Shown here: positions 48,958-58,869 of the stretch, piece after piece
How the letters are laid out: each line of letters starts with the position of its first letter
Numbering within the stretch: the first letter of the stretch is position 1
Assembly: GCA_022614805.1 (NCBI GenBank)
Contig: JAKEHY010000020.1
Location: forward strand, 89,449 to 153,448
Origin: Candidatus Zixiibacteriota bacterium
Lineage (GTDB): Bacteria > Zixibacteria > MSB-5A5 > DSPP01
Reading direction: 5' to 3'
DNA: 64,000 bases
Made by a program: the position numbers and the translations under genes
Notes under the pieces: generated by a model
What the model saw: the letters and a program-made list of their open reading frames with translations, nothing else
Told to the model about the DNA's origin: nothing
Database searches by the model: none

Positions 48958-49683
48958 TTACTCCATCTTCTTCAATTCGAGTTCTTTCCCCCGCAAAACC
49001 CCATAGGTGAAATGGGTCATAAAATCCCCGATGTTCACCAGCGTCTTCCCTTCCACGACTTTCAATTCGGGCCAATGCGAATGGGCCAGCACGAGGGCGT
49101 CGAACCCCTCCGCAAACTTGCCCCGGGCGAACTCCTCGTATTCGGAGAGCAGCTCTTTCCCTCTCGCCTCCGTCCAGCGGCGGGAAGAGCCGGAAACGAG
49201 GCGCGCCAGGGGAAAGGCGAGGTCCACCGGCAGCTGCCGGTAGAGCCAGACGTTCAAAGGAAAGCGGAAAAGGCCCCGGAGGAGACGATACCCCCAATCC
49301 GAGCGGGCCTTGCCGTCCCCATGGGTGATAAAAATCTTTTGGCCGCCCCGATTCAAAACCACGTCTCCTTTTTCAAATTGGATTCCCAGATATTTCGGGA
49401 AAAAATCCCGCTGCCAGAAATCGTGGTTGCCGGCCAGATACACCACCGGCAGCTTCATCAAGACGAGATTTTTCAAGGCGGCCAGAATTTCCACCTCCGT
49501 CTTGGGAATGGCGTTTTTGTATTCGAACCAGAAATCGAACAAATCCCCGACGATGTACAACGTCTTTCCGTTCTGGCGCACGAGCTGGAGGAACTGGATG
49601 AATTTTTCCTTTTTTCGTTCCTCTTCCGAAGGGGTTCCCGCTCCCAGATGCAGGTCGGATACGAAGTAGATGGTGTCCCGCAT
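48958..49683 (-). CDS. lpxH: UDP-2,3-diacylglucosamine diphosphatase-like metallophosphoesterase
   Basis: SDLHLG, GDLFD, GNHD, HGD and HSH motifs. Confidence 0.75.
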   Translation of the reverse strand: MRDTIYFVSDLHLGAGTPSEEERKKEKFIQFLQLVRQNGKTLYIVGDLFDFWFEYKNAIPKTEVEILAALKNLVLMKLPVVYLAGNHDFWQRDFFPKYLGIQFEKGDVVLNRGGQKIFITHGDGKARSDWGYRLLRGLFRFPLNVWLYRQLPVDLAFPLARLVSGSSRRWTEARGKELLSEYEEFARGKFAEGFDALVLAHSHWPELKVVEGKTLVNIGDFMTHFTYGVLRGKELELKKME

Positions 49684-49777
49684 AACTTCCCGATAATAAA
49701 CGGCGCTTCGAGCTAAAGCAAGACAATCTCATTTCGCTTTCCAATGATTCAATCAATGAAGGCCGGATTATTCCCGC

Positions 49778-50548
49778 TCAAAACAGAAGCAAACCCAAAA
49801 CCGCGCCCAAAAACGTCGAGAGAAAATTCACCCCGTCGTTGTCCAGAGTCCGCAGGCCGGAAAGCCGCTGGGCCGCCCTTCCGCAGTGTTTGGGCACCTC
49901 GATGGCCGACCGGCAGACGGCGCAGCGATATTTTGCCTGCACCAAAGCCCCCAAAAAGGAGTCAAAAAGCATGCCTAAAAATCCTATGGCCGAAATCAAG
50001 AGGATGGTTTTAAAGGAAAGAAAAAAATCCCACCCTTTCGGCCCCACCCCCACCAGCGCAACGAGCAGCGCTCCGGCCAAGCCGGATAGTGTGCCAATCC
50101 AACTTACCCCTCCAGAAAAGCCGGGCGGAATGAGGCTAAAGTTCACAATCGAAACTGTCTTTTTCCCCCAACGCACCCCGATTTCGCCGCTCGCCGTATC
50201 GGCGCAGGCCGCCGCGAGGGTTGCCACATAGGCCAGATAGTACGCTTCATCCTGGCGAACTCCGTAACCCAAAGCCAAAAGCCCCGGCCAAAGGCCGTTG
50301 GCCAAAACCTGCCGGTAATCCCTTCTGGACTTTTGCTCCGGTGAGTGAGTTTCCGACGGCAGCCGGGACAAAGCCGAACCCAGAATAAAAAAGAAAATCA
50401 AAACCGCCGCCCCGGGAAAGCCGCTCCCCCAGAAAACCGCCGCCCCCACCAGCGTGGCCGCTGCAAACCCGGAAAAATCGAGCGCGCGGAGCCAAAATCC
50501 CGCTCCGGAAACAATGAGAGCAAGCAGTATCGATATGAGAATTTTCAA
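49778..50548 (-). CDS. DUF92 (TMEM19-like) membrane protein with a C-terminal Cys/His motif
   Basis: RDYRQVLANG, ADTASGEIG, SGGVSWIGT, FDSFLGALVQ..Y.C..C...HC, DNDGVN. Confidence 0.88.
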   Translation of the reverse strand: MKILISILLALIVSGAGFWLRALDFSGFAAATLVGAAVFWGSGFPGAAVLIFFFILGSALSRLPSETHSPEQKSRRDYRQVLANGLWPGLLALGYGVRQDEAYYLAYVATLAAACADTASGEIGVRWGKKTVSIVNFSLIPPGFSGGVSWIGTLSGLAGALLVALVGVGPKGWDFFLSFKTILLISAIGFLGMLFDSFLGALVQAKYRCAVCRSAIEVPKHCGRAAQRLSGLRTLDNDGVNFLSTFLGAVLGLLLF

Positions 50549-50560
50549 AATTTCTTAATT

Positions 50561-50622
50561 GTAGGGGCACAACACTGTTGTGCCCTCCCTCTTCTTTCCA
50601 AGGAGAGGGACAAAAGGTGAGG
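50561..50622. repeat. GTAG-type REP followed by a CCCTCT..AGAGGG-type palindrome
   Basis: GTAGGGGCACAACACTGTTGTGCCCTC followed by CCCTCTTCTTTCCAAGGAGAGGGACAAAAGGTGAGG. Confidence 0.65.
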
Positions 50623-50627
50623 TTTTT

Positions 50628-52772
50628 TTACAAAAGCTGCCACCGCCGCCGCAAATACCACTCCGCTCCTAAAAACAAAATCATCCCGACCAAAAAAACC
50701 GGCTGGTGGGCCAGCTCCCATTCCCGTTTTTCCGGGCGCTCCTCTTTTTGTGGGTTAAAATCCCGGGCAAACCGCTCCACCTCCTCCGGGCGGTAAAACG
50801 TCCCGCCGGAGGCGGCCGCCATCTTTTCCAGAAGGGTCGGATTGAACGAGACCGTCTGGTCCTCCAGCGAAAGCTCTTCCACCATGAACTTTGATTTGGC
50901 CTCCCCCACTTTTTTTTTGTCTTGGAAAAAATTTGCAACCGCCTGGTAACTCCCCGGCGCCGCCATTCTTTTTCTTCCCGCATATCGGCCGCCTCCCTGT
51001 TCGTACAGGAGCAATTCCCCGCCAAGCTGAAGGGTAACATCCAGCCCTTCGTACGGCTTCCCCCCTTCCTCAAAAGCGGCCGCCGAAAAGCTCACCTCCT
51101 CCCCCGACCGGTAAACCAGCTTGTCCGTGGAGAGGTTGAAACGGTCCTCCTCCTCCGCTCCCGCCAGCCAGCCCGCGCTCTGGTTCACAAACCAGGCAAA
51201 AGTCGTGTCCTCGGAAGAAGTACCCAAAGGCAGAAAATACCATTTCCAAACCGGAAAGACCGCCGCCGCCAAAACCCGCCCGGCTCCGAAGTTTTTGGCC
51301 GCCAAAGCCGGATAGTGCCTCCCTTCCTCCGTGGCCGGAACGGACGCCAAAATCGTTCCCTCGGTCGAAGGAGTCGCGGAAGCGACAACCCCCTCCAACG
51401 GCGGCAGGTTTTTCCAAATCCGTCCCAATTCCCCCGGGTCGGATAAAAGCCGGGTGGCCGGATGGCCCCCCCCTTCCGCCGTCAAATCGAGTTCCCCAAT
51501 GGGGCCCGTGAGGGTGGCCCGCCGTTTTTTGAAATCGAAAGGGAAAAGTTCGGCCAACTGCGGCGGCAGCGGGGAAGCTAAAAAATCCGGCCCCAAAAGA
51601 AAAAACACCCCCTTCCCTTTATCCCGGACGGCGGATGCCAGCCGCGCCTCGACGCCGGCAAACAAAGCCGGTGAAAAATCGGTGAAAATCAAAAGGTCGT
51701 AACGCTCCAGGTTCCGGTTCGAAAGGGGTGCGGCTGAAAAAAGGGGTCTTCCGCCGGGGCCGTACACAACTCCTTCCACTTCCAGGCGGTGGTTCTCCTC
51801 CAGCACCTGCGCCAAAAAACGGTAATTCCAGCCGGGCGTCCCGGAGACCAAAAGGAGGGAAAGCTTCGATTTCAAAACCCGCATCGAAAAAACCCGCCGG
51901 TTGTTTTTGGTCTGCTCCTCTTTGGCCAGAACCGGCAGGCTGGCGGAAAAGGTCAAAGTCCCGACCGAATCGGGCGTCAGCTCCGCCATCACCACCCGTT
52001 CCCCGTCGCCGGAGAAATCGACCAGGGGCGAAACCATCCTTCGGCTCCCGCGCGAAACCGTAAGCGGCAGCTTCATTTTTCCGGCCCCCCGCGCCGAGAC
52101 CACCAACTCAATTTTCACCGGCGTTCCCTGGAAAGCCACCGGCGGGTAGTCGATTTTTTCAATCCCCAAATCGAGTGTCCGCTCCTCCTCCCCCACGGCC
52201 ACGGTGTAGACCGGAACCCCTAACTTTTCCGCCCCCCTCACCGGGTCCTTCCCGCTGTTGTTGCCGCCGTCGCTTATCACCACCACCCCCACGAGATGGG
52301 GAGTTTCCGAAACGTACTGCAGGGCCGACCCCATCGCCGTGGCGGTCGCTTTTTCGGGAGAGAGTGCGCGGTAATCCGCCAGGCTGTCCCCAAAATCCCA
52401 AATTCGGTATTCCCAGTCCCCTTTTTGAGAAGCAAGCTTTTCGATCGCCTCTCCGGCCTGCCGGGCCCGGCTCTGTTTGCTCATACTGGTAGAGCGGTCC
52501 GCCAGAACCGCCACCACCGGAGCCTCTTTGCTCACTAAAAAGAGGGCTACAATCGGCTCGGCCAGAACGAGAAAAAGGCAGATAAACCCCAAAAGCCGAA
52601 GCCCCAAAAGCAGCCGCCTTTGTTTTTTTTCCAGCGGGGGAAGGGTTTGGGCGTAGTACCAGAAAAGCGCGCCGATAAAAAGGAGGGCTAAAATTAAAAC
52701 CACCCACCGGTCGGCGGAGGGGAAATCGACTCCCAGCGAGCGGATTCCCGGAAGGAACGAAAGCAAAGCCAC
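50628..52772 (-). CDS. Membrane-anchored vWA plus GATase-like/Ig domain protein
   Basis: N-terminal TM pair, MIDAS DRSTSM, ISDGGNN, C-terminal TM EWYLRRRW. Confidence 0.7.
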   Translation of the reverse strand: MALLSFLPGIRSLGVDFPSADRWVVLILALLFIGALFWYYAQTLPPLEKKQRRLLLGLRLLGFICLFLVLAEPIVALFLVSKEAPVVAVLADRSTSMSKQSRARQAGEAIEKLASQKGDWEYRIWDFGDSLADYRALSPEKATATAMGSALQYVSETPHLVGVVVISDGGNNSGKDPVRGAEKLGVPVYTVAVGEEERTLDLGIEKIDYPPVAFQGTPVKIELVVSARGAGKMKLPLTVSRGSRRMVSPLVDFSGDGERVVMAELTPDSVGTLTFSASLPVLAKEEQTKNNRRVFSMRVLKSKLSLLLVSGTPGWNYRFLAQVLEENHRLEVEGVVYGPGGRPLFSAAPLSNRNLERYDLLIFTDFSPALFAGVEARLASAVRDKGKGVFFLLGPDFLASPLPPQLAELFPFDFKKRRATLTGPIGELDLTAEGGGHPATRLLSDPGELGRIWKNLPPLEGVVASATPSTEGTILASVPATEEGRHYPALAAKNFGAGRVLAAAVFPVWKWYFLPLGTSSEDTTFAWFVNQSAGWLAGAEEEDRFNLSTDKLVYRSGEEVSFSAAAFEEGGKPYEGLDVTLQLGGELLLYEQGGGRYAGRKRMAAPGSYQAVANFFQDKKKVGEAKSKFMVEELSLEDQTVSFNPTLLEKMAAASGGTFYRPEEVERFARDFNPQKEERPEKREWELAHQPVFLVGMILFLGAEWYLRRRWQLL

Positions 52773-52825
52773 GTTAAATTTTACCCGTTCCGAGGCCGTC
52801 CGAGCGAACCGGCGGGCAAACGGTT

Positions 52826-53803
52826 TTACTGTTCCCGGCAGGCGGCAAAGCGGGCCACCTCTTCGAGCGACTTTTTAAACTCGGTGGCCGGGAAATCCCG
52901 GAGCAAATCAAATGCTTCCTGCCCGTAGAGCAAAGCTTTTTTCTGGGCGTACTCCACCCCGCCCGATTCCCGAATGATTTGGGCCACCTTTTCGACCTCT
53001 CCGTTCTCCGACCCTTTGGATAAAAGCGAAACAATCTCGCTTTTTTGCGGCGGGCCGCCGTTTTTCAGGGTGTAAATCAAAGGCAAAGTCACCTTCCCCT
53101 CCCGCAGGTCGTTGCCGACGGTTTTTCCGGTCACTGCTTCGCTGCCGACGATGTCCAGCAAATCGTCCGAAATCTGGAACGCCACCCCCACCTTTTCGCC
53201 GAAGTCCCGGATTTTTTCCCGCTCCCCCTGCGGCCGCCCGGCCAAAATCCCCCCCGCCTCGCAGGAGACGGCAAAAAGGGAGGCGGTCTTGTCCGCAATC
53301 AAAGAAAAATAGTCCGCTTCGCCGATGTCGAAGTTATGGACGTGCTGGATTTCCACCAGCTGGCCCAGCGATACCCGCTCGGTCGCCCGGGAAAAAGCAT
53401 CCAAAAGCTCCACGCTTTCGGCCTGAACCAAAAGCCTGAATGCCTTGGAGAAAAGGTAATCCCCCATCAAAACGGAGACCAGGTTGTTCCATTTGGAGTT
53501 GACCGTCGGCTGCCCCCGGCGCGTGGAGGAGAAGTCGATGACGTCGTCGTGCAGAAGGGTGGCCGTGTGGATAAGCTCGACTGCTAAAGCCGCCAGCATC
53601 GCCCGGGCCGGGTCGGCCGCCATCTGCCCGGCGGAAAGAAAGACGAAGGCCGGGCGCAGCCGCTTCCCCCGCCGGGTTAGAATATGCTCGGTGACCTGAT
53701 AGACGAAAGGGGAACGGGCCGAAAGGAACGATTTCAACCGCTCTTCAAAATCGGAAAGCTGCGGCCCAATCGGCCGCAATATCTCTTCCAGCCGCCCGTC
53801 CAT
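52826..53803 (-). CDS. Long-chain polyprenyl diphosphate synthase (IspB/HepT-like)
   Basis: GKRLRP, HDDVID, RRG, FQISDDLLD, DLREGK.TLP. Confidence 0.92.
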   Translation of the reverse strand: MDGRLEEILRPIGPQLSDFEERLKSFLSARSPFVYQVTEHILTRRGKRLRPAFVFLSAGQMAADPARAMLAALAVELIHTATLLHDDVIDFSSTRRGQPTVNSKWNNLVSVLMGDYLFSKAFRLLVQAESVELLDAFSRATERVSLGQLVEIQHVHNFDIGEADYFSLIADKTASLFAVSCEAGGILAGRPQGEREKIRDFGEKVGVAFQISDDLLDIVGSEAVTGKTVGNDLREGKVTLPLIYTLKNGGPPQKSEIVSLLSKGSENGEVEKVAQIIRESGGVEYAQKKALLYGQEAFDLLRDFPATEFKKSLEEVARFAACREQ

Positions 53804-53937
53804 CAGGGCGGAAAATATAAAAGTTTATTCTCGGAAAAGCCAACCGAAAAGTGACCCGAGTGCTCGTTTTCTCGGCCCTTGCGAGTCGAAGACCCCGAGT
53901 CCTACCGAGGGGCGGCTTTTCTGTATTAAGTGAATCT

Positions 53938-56217
53938 CTATTTCACCAACTGCATCTTTTTTGTTTCCACATAACTTCCCGCCCGAATCTGGTAGAGATA
54001 AATGCCGGAAGAGACCGCTGCTCCGTTTTCGTCCCGCCCGTCCCAGAACACCTCATACAGTCCTGACGGCTTTTCATCGACGAAAGTTCTGACCGCTTGC
54101 CCCAAGATGTTGTAAATCCTCAACTCCACCCTCGTAGCTTGCGGGAGGGCAAAACGGATAACCGTTGCGGCGTTGAACGGATTGGGATAATTCTGGGCCA
54201 GTTCGAATTTCGAGGGGCGGGAGTCATCCACAACCGTGATTTTGGCGCAAGGGCCGTTCCCCGGCCCGCCGCAGCCTCCGCCCCCTCCACCGGTCGGACA
54301 GGTGGAAATGGGGGTTGCCGGCAGGGAGAGATAGGGGTCAATATCTATGTCGCCTGTAAACCAAGCGGCTGGAGGTGGCACCGAGTCCCAATAGTTCCCT
54401 TCCGCTTTCATAAATGAAAGGGTATCCAGCCAGACCGCTTTGGCGGTGGGAAGCTCGGCGGTTTTCATCAAGACATTGTTTTTCCCGCAGTCGGTGGGAG
54501 CCACTCCCAAGTTGACGTTTTTGCTTTTGGTATAGATGGCCAGGTTCCTAAAGTCGCTGAATTTGGAATTGCGCACCTTTACGGTGCATGTGTCTCGAAC
54601 GTAAAGAATGGTATCAGCGTGGCTGAATTGGGTAAAGGCGAAGTTCCCCCGTGCCGGATGAGAGAAAAACAAACCGCCCCAGTCCATTTTGGTCGGGGAC
54701 GATGAGGAAGAGAGAAATTTTATTGAATCAGTTTGGGTTCCAAGGGCAGTCAAAGTCCCTTTGACTATAAATTCTGTTTTGGTGGTATCGCGCCCGCTTC
54801 TCATTACGTCCTGATTTGCAGCGGCCAAAACCTGGACGCCGGGATTAAGCGTTAAAGTAACCGGGGTGGCACAGGAATCGAGGGTAAAATCCCCTATCAG
54901 CGTGTCATTGCCTGCAGCCCAGGTGGACGTGCGCCCCAGCTTGCCCAAAAAAGGAATGCGCGGCAAGGTATCGTATGGTCGGAAGTTGACCTTATCAACC
55001 GGATAAAACAACGTGTTGCTGTCTGGGTTAGAAGTACCATACCAGTTACCAATGGCATTTACAGTGCTGGAAGGAGTTCGGATAATCGCCTTTGCGGTGG
55101 GTTTACAAGGTAGCAGAAAAACGTTTTTACCGCTGTCGTTCGATGTGCCAAAATCGTCATGGGCACTACGAGATAAAATTGCGGCCGAATCGAATCCGCT
55201 AAAAACATTTCTTCGTACTAGAAATTTATGAGAAGCAAGAACATAAGTAATTAAACCGAACGGTGAGCGCAGGGTCGTATTTCCGGTAATTAGTTTGTTT
55301 TTTATTATACGCCAACCGCTGTCGGGGCCAGGAAATGGCCAAGTCACGATATGCCCAACTGCAAAATACCCCTCAATGGTATTTTCTTCAACTATGATGG
55401 AGTTGGGGTCAAAACCCGATTGTGCGCTAACTTGAACAGCCACTGAACAACTGTTTGCGAAAAAGTAGTTCCGGGTTATCTTCCCGACGTAATCATCAAA
55501 GAAAACGGCTAAGCTTTTCTGATTCAAGAACTTGTTACTGTCTATCTCTATGCCGAAATCGTGGGTAACGTCAATGGCGGTATCTCTACCCAAGAAAATG
55601 TTCCCCCGAATTACAAAACTGTCTCGTGTTACCTGCACCGTCGAAATGCGCGGTGGAGTGCCACCAGCACGGTGATGGAAAGAATTTCCGATAGCGTGCG
55701 TTCTCCAGTTTTCAAATCTGCTGTTTGCAACTGAATCAATGCTGGTATACACGAAATGGTCGTCTGCTGACCATGTAAAAATCGTTATGTCCCCATCCAG
55801 CAACTCAGCATAATTCACTCTGATTAGGGCGGACGAAGCTACGCGCCGGATTCCAAACCAATCACCAGCTATCCCCGAATCTGGGCGATTTGAGCGAAAG
55901 ACAATTTTACCAGTTGCACTGCTGTTTCCCGCTATTCGGAGAGTTCCCGCCACCAGAATTTCGATGCGTTGAGAATCACTGCCTAAGTTTATCGAATCAA
56001 AAAGTGCTCTCATATAAAGGGTACAGGGTGGGGTGATTGTCAAAGTTACCCCTGGATTGATGAAGAGGTCTTTAACAAGGGTACAGGTTCCCGTTATCGT
56101 GGTATCCGTTTTTATGGTGTCCGGCAGGGAACAGGTGGAACAAGTTACAGCCGGTGAAAAAAGCATGACAAAAATGACTAATCCGGCCCGAAACAGATTC
56201 CCTTTGCTAAGGGCCAT
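53938..56217 (-). CDS. Secreted right-handed beta-helix protein with a C-terminal FlgD/T9SS-type sorting domain
   Basis: ATG 56217 lies 2 nt after the upstream stop. Two VTLT..PG/P...GTL...G...I.F.S...DW.G modules. C-terminus LAQNYPNPFN...WDGRD...SSGIYLY...KKMQLVK. Confidence 0.8.
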   Translation of the reverse strand: MALSKGNLFRAGLVIFVMLFSPAVTCSTCSLPDTIKTDTTITGTCTLVKDLFINPGVTLTITPPCTLYMRALFDSINLGSDSQRIEILVAGTLRIAGNSSATGKIVFRSNRPDSGIAGDWFGIRRVASSALIRVNYAELLDGDITIFTWSADDHFVYTSIDSVANSRFENWRTHAIGNSFHHRAGGTPPRISTVQVTRDSFVIRGNIFLGRDTAIDVTHDFGIEIDSNKFLNQKSLAVFFDDYVGKITRNYFFANSCSVAVQVSAQSGFDPNSIIVEENTIEGYFAVGHIVTWPFPGPDSGWRIIKNKLITGNTTLRSPFGLITYVLASHKFLVRRNVFSGFDSAAILSRSAHDDFGTSNDSGKNVFLLPCKPTAKAIIRTPSSTVNAIGNWYGTSNPDSNTLFYPVDKVNFRPYDTLPRIPFLGKLGRTSTWAAGNDTLIGDFTLDSCATPVTLTLNPGVQVLAAANQDVMRSGRDTTKTEFIVKGTLTALGTQTDSIKFLSSSSSPTKMDWGGLFFSHPARGNFAFTQFSHADTILYVRDTCTVKVRNSKFSDFRNLAIYTKSKNVNLGVAPTDCGKNNVLMKTAELPTAKAVWLDTLSFMKAEGNYWDSVPPPAAWFTGDIDIDPYLSLPATPISTCPTGGGGGGCGGPGNGPCAKITVVDDSRPSKFELAQNYPNPFNAATVIRFALPQATRVELRIYNILGQAVRTFVDEKPSGLYEVFWDGRDENGAAVSSGIYLYQIRAGSYVETKKMQLVK

Positions 56218-56219
56218 CG

Positions 56220-57020
56220 TCAACACGGAAAAGGTCTGAATAAGAAGACTGCATATATTTCCAGCACGATGTCTGCCGCAGAGCGAGTCCCATCGCAATT
56301 CAGGTCGCAAGCGGCTACCCCGGTGAGGGGAGGGGAGCAGGTGTCGCAAAAGGTGCAGTTTATAAGCAAAACTATATCGGCGGCAGTTAAGGAAAAGTCC
56401 AAATTCAAATCCCCTTTAGGAGCCTGCACTACGGTAATGACGCTTTTTAGGAAGTTGACCCTTACATCCTGTGGTACAGTGTTGGTAAAATACACATACC
56501 AATTTGCTGATGAATCAAGGTCAAATGTTCCCGTCGCCGCTCGCACAGTGTCGAACTTTAGCTCCCAAACTGCTTTCCGGGTAGCGTTGGGGGGCTCTAT
56601 GGTGGACGGGTCGACCCCGTCAGCGCCAGCAGCGACAGAAAAAAAATCTGGACTGTTGTTGTCGTAGTTGGGAAAGCCGACCGCTGTAAAGTAACGAAAT
56701 GTATTGGTTAGGGGGTTCACGACGCCAAAAAAGTTTCGGGGACAAGGACAAGCAACGATGGCATAGGCCCCGCCGGAAGTGGAGGTCACTTCCACCGGCA
56801 AAACCATATAGATGAGCGAATCCTTATTGGTTATGAAAACTTTCACGTACAAATAAGAGGCGGTGTCGGTCACTGCCCCCGGGTGGGCGCCGGGAGCGAC
56901 CGTTTTGGACTCCAAAATGACGGAATCCCGCGGGTCGGGGGGCTGGGAAAAGGCAGAAGACGCTCCCAAAAGAAACAGCACCACCCTTGCGGCAATTGCG
57001 GCTGGTCTTTTTATCATCAT
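56220..57020 (-). CDS. Secreted cohesin-like plus dockerin protein, copy A
   Basis: Signal peptide, beta-rich ~170-aa domain, C-terminal KGDLNLD..TAADIV...CDLNCDG..SAADIV dockerin. Confidence 0.7.
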   Translation of the reverse strand: MMIKRPAAIAARVVLFLLGASSAFSQPPDPRDSVILESKTVAPGAHPGAVTDTASYLYVKVFITNKDSLIYMVLPVEVTSTSGGAYAIVACPCPRNFFGVVNPLTNTFRYFTAVGFPNYDNNSPDFFSVAAGADGVDPSTIEPPNATRKAVWELKFDTVRAATGTFDLDSSANWYVYFTNTVPQDVRVNFLKSVITVVQAPKGDLNLDFSLTAADIVLLINCTFCDTCSPPLTGVAACDLNCDGTRSAADIVLEIYAVFLFRPFPC

Positions 57021-57076
57021 AAGCTTAACCTTACGTCAAATATCGAAGTCAAATCTCAAGAAAGCAAGCTCGATTT

Positions 57077-57889
57077 TCACGCATTGCATGGAAAAGGACT
57101 GAATAAGAAGACCGCATATATTTCCAGCACAATGTCCGCGGCGGAACGCCTTCCGTCGCAGTTCAGGTCGCAGGCGGCCGCACCTGGGAGCGGGGGTGGA
57201 CAGGTGTCGCAAAAGGTGCAGTTTATAAGCAAAACTATATCAGTGGCAGTTAAGGCAAAATCTAAATTTAAATCCCCTTTGGGAGCAGGCGCTACCGTGA
57301 CGGTACTTTTGAGGAAGTTGACGTTTACATCCAGTGATACGTTGTTTGTGAATCGTACACGCAGACCACCCAGTCTTGTTGAATCAAACTTAAAGGTTCC
57401 GGTTTCAGATCGCACAGTGTCGAACTTTAGCTCCCAAACTGCTTTCCGGGTAGCGTTGGGGGGCTCAATGGTGGACAGGTCGACCCCGTCAAAGCCTGCA
57501 GCTACTGAAAAAATATCCGGGCTATTGTTATCGTAGTTGGAGAAGCTGACCGCTTGGAAGTAACGCAAAGTGTTGGTCAGGGGGTTCACGACACCCAAAA
57601 AGCTCCGCGGACAAGGACAAGCAACGATGGCATAGGCCCCGCCGGAAGTGGAGGTCACTTCCAGAGGCAAAGTCAAATAGGTGAGCGAATCTTTATTGGT
57701 TATGAAAACTTTCACGTGCAAATAAGAAGCAGTGTCGTTCAGTGCACCCGGGTGGGCGCCGGGAGCAACCGTTTTGGATTCCAAAATGACGGAATCGCGG
57801 GGGTCAGGGGGCTGGGAAAAAGCAGGAGATACCCCCAAAAGAAACAGCACTACCCCGGCGGCAATTGCAGCTGGTCTTTTAAGCGGCAT
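57077..57889 (-). CDS. Secreted cohesin-like plus dockerin protein, copy B
   Basis: Tandem paralog of copies A and C with a shared intergenic sequence. Confidence 0.7.
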   Translation of the reverse strand: MPLKRPAAIAAGVVLFLLGVSPAFSQPPDPRDSVILESKTVAPGAHPGALNDTASYLHVKVFITNKDSLTYLTLPLEVTSTSGGAYAIVACPCPRSFLGVVNPLTNTLRYFQAVSFSNYDNNSPDIFSVAAGFDGVDLSTIEPPNATRKAVWELKFDTVRSETGTFKFDSTRLGGLRVRFTNNVSLDVNVNFLKSTVTVAPAPKGDLNLDFALTATDIVLLINCTFCDTCPPPLPGAAACDLNCDGRRSAADIVLEIYAVFLFSPFPCNA

Positions 57890-57945
57890 ATGGTTACCCT
57901 TACATCAAATATCGAAGGCAAATCTCAAAAAAGCAAGCTCGATTT

Positions 57946-58758
57946 TCAGGCATTGCAGGGAAAAGGTCGGAATAAGAAGACCGCATATATTTCCAGCACA
58001 ATGTCCGCGGCAGAACGCACCCCATCACAATTCAGGTCGCATGCGGCCATCCCGGGGAGCGGGGGAGGACAGGTGTCACAAAAGGTGCAGTTTAAAAGCA
58101 AAACTATGTCGGCACCAGTTAAAGCGAAGTCGAGATTCAAGTCCCCCTTGGGAGCGGGCGCTACGGTGATGACACTTTTGAGAAAGTTGACCTTAACATC
58201 CTGCCCCGCGATGGTCGTAAATACTAATTGCGCGCCTCCAAGCCGCGATGAATCAAGCTCAAATGTTCCGGTTGCCGTTCGGACGGTGTCGAACTTTAGC
58301 TCCCAAACTGCTTTCCGGGTAGCGTTGGGTGGCTCAATGGTGGTCGGGTCGATCCCGTCATTGCCTGCCGCGACAGCAAATTTATCCGGACTGATATTGT
58401 CGTAGTTTGTGAAGCTGACCACTTCGAAGTAACGCAAAGTGCTGGTCAGGGGGTTCACGACCCCGAAAAAGCTCCGCGGACAAGGACAAGCAACGATGGC
58501 ATAGGCCCCACCGGAAGTGGAGGTCACCTCCACCGGCAAAACCATAAAGCTGAGCGAATCTTTGTTGGTTATGAATACTTTCACGTACAAATAGGAGGCG
58601 GTGTCGTTCAGTGCACCCGGGTGGGCGCCGGGAGCGACCGTTTTGGACTCCAGAATGATGGAATCCCGGGGGTCAGGGGGCTGGGAAAAAGCAGATGACG
58701 CTCCTAAAAGAAACAGCACCACCCCTGCGGCAATTGCGGCGGGTTTATTAACTGACAT
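57946..58758 (-). CDS. Secreted cohesin-like plus dockerin protein, copy C
   Basis: Tandem paralog with an 869-bp repeat period relative to copy B. Confidence 0.7.
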   Translation of the reverse strand: MSVNKPAAIAAGVVLFLLGASSAFSQPPDPRDSIILESKTVAPGAHPGALNDTASYLYVKVFITNKDSLSFMVLPVEVTSTSGGAYAIVACPCPRSFFGVVNPLTSTLRYFEVVSFTNYDNISPDKFAVAAGNDGIDPTTIEPPNATRKAVWELKFDTVRTATGTFELDSSRLGGAQLVFTTIAGQDVKVNFLKSVITVAPAPKGDLNLDFALTGADIVLLLNCTFCDTCPPPLPGMAACDLNCDGVRSAADIVLEIYAVFLFRPFPCNA

Positions 58759-58869
58759 AGTAGCTAACTTCCTTTATGGTAGTAAAATTGACGCAAAAAC
58801 TTAGGAAGTCAAGCCATTTTTTACCATCTATTTTTTTGGAATACGATTTCCTGCCCGCCGAAAAACCTG

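Noticed and set aside
50027-50036. Fourth AGGGTGGGAT copy (minus strand)
   Set aside because: It lies inside the DUF92 coding sequence with no promoter, so it is treated as chance.
56220-58758. Diversity-generating retroelement explanation for the variable patches (e.g. ATC/ACC/AGC codons)
   Set aside because: The copies also differ at many synonymous C/T third positions, all three are full genes, and no reverse transcriptase or template repeat is in the window. This is ordinary paralog divergence.
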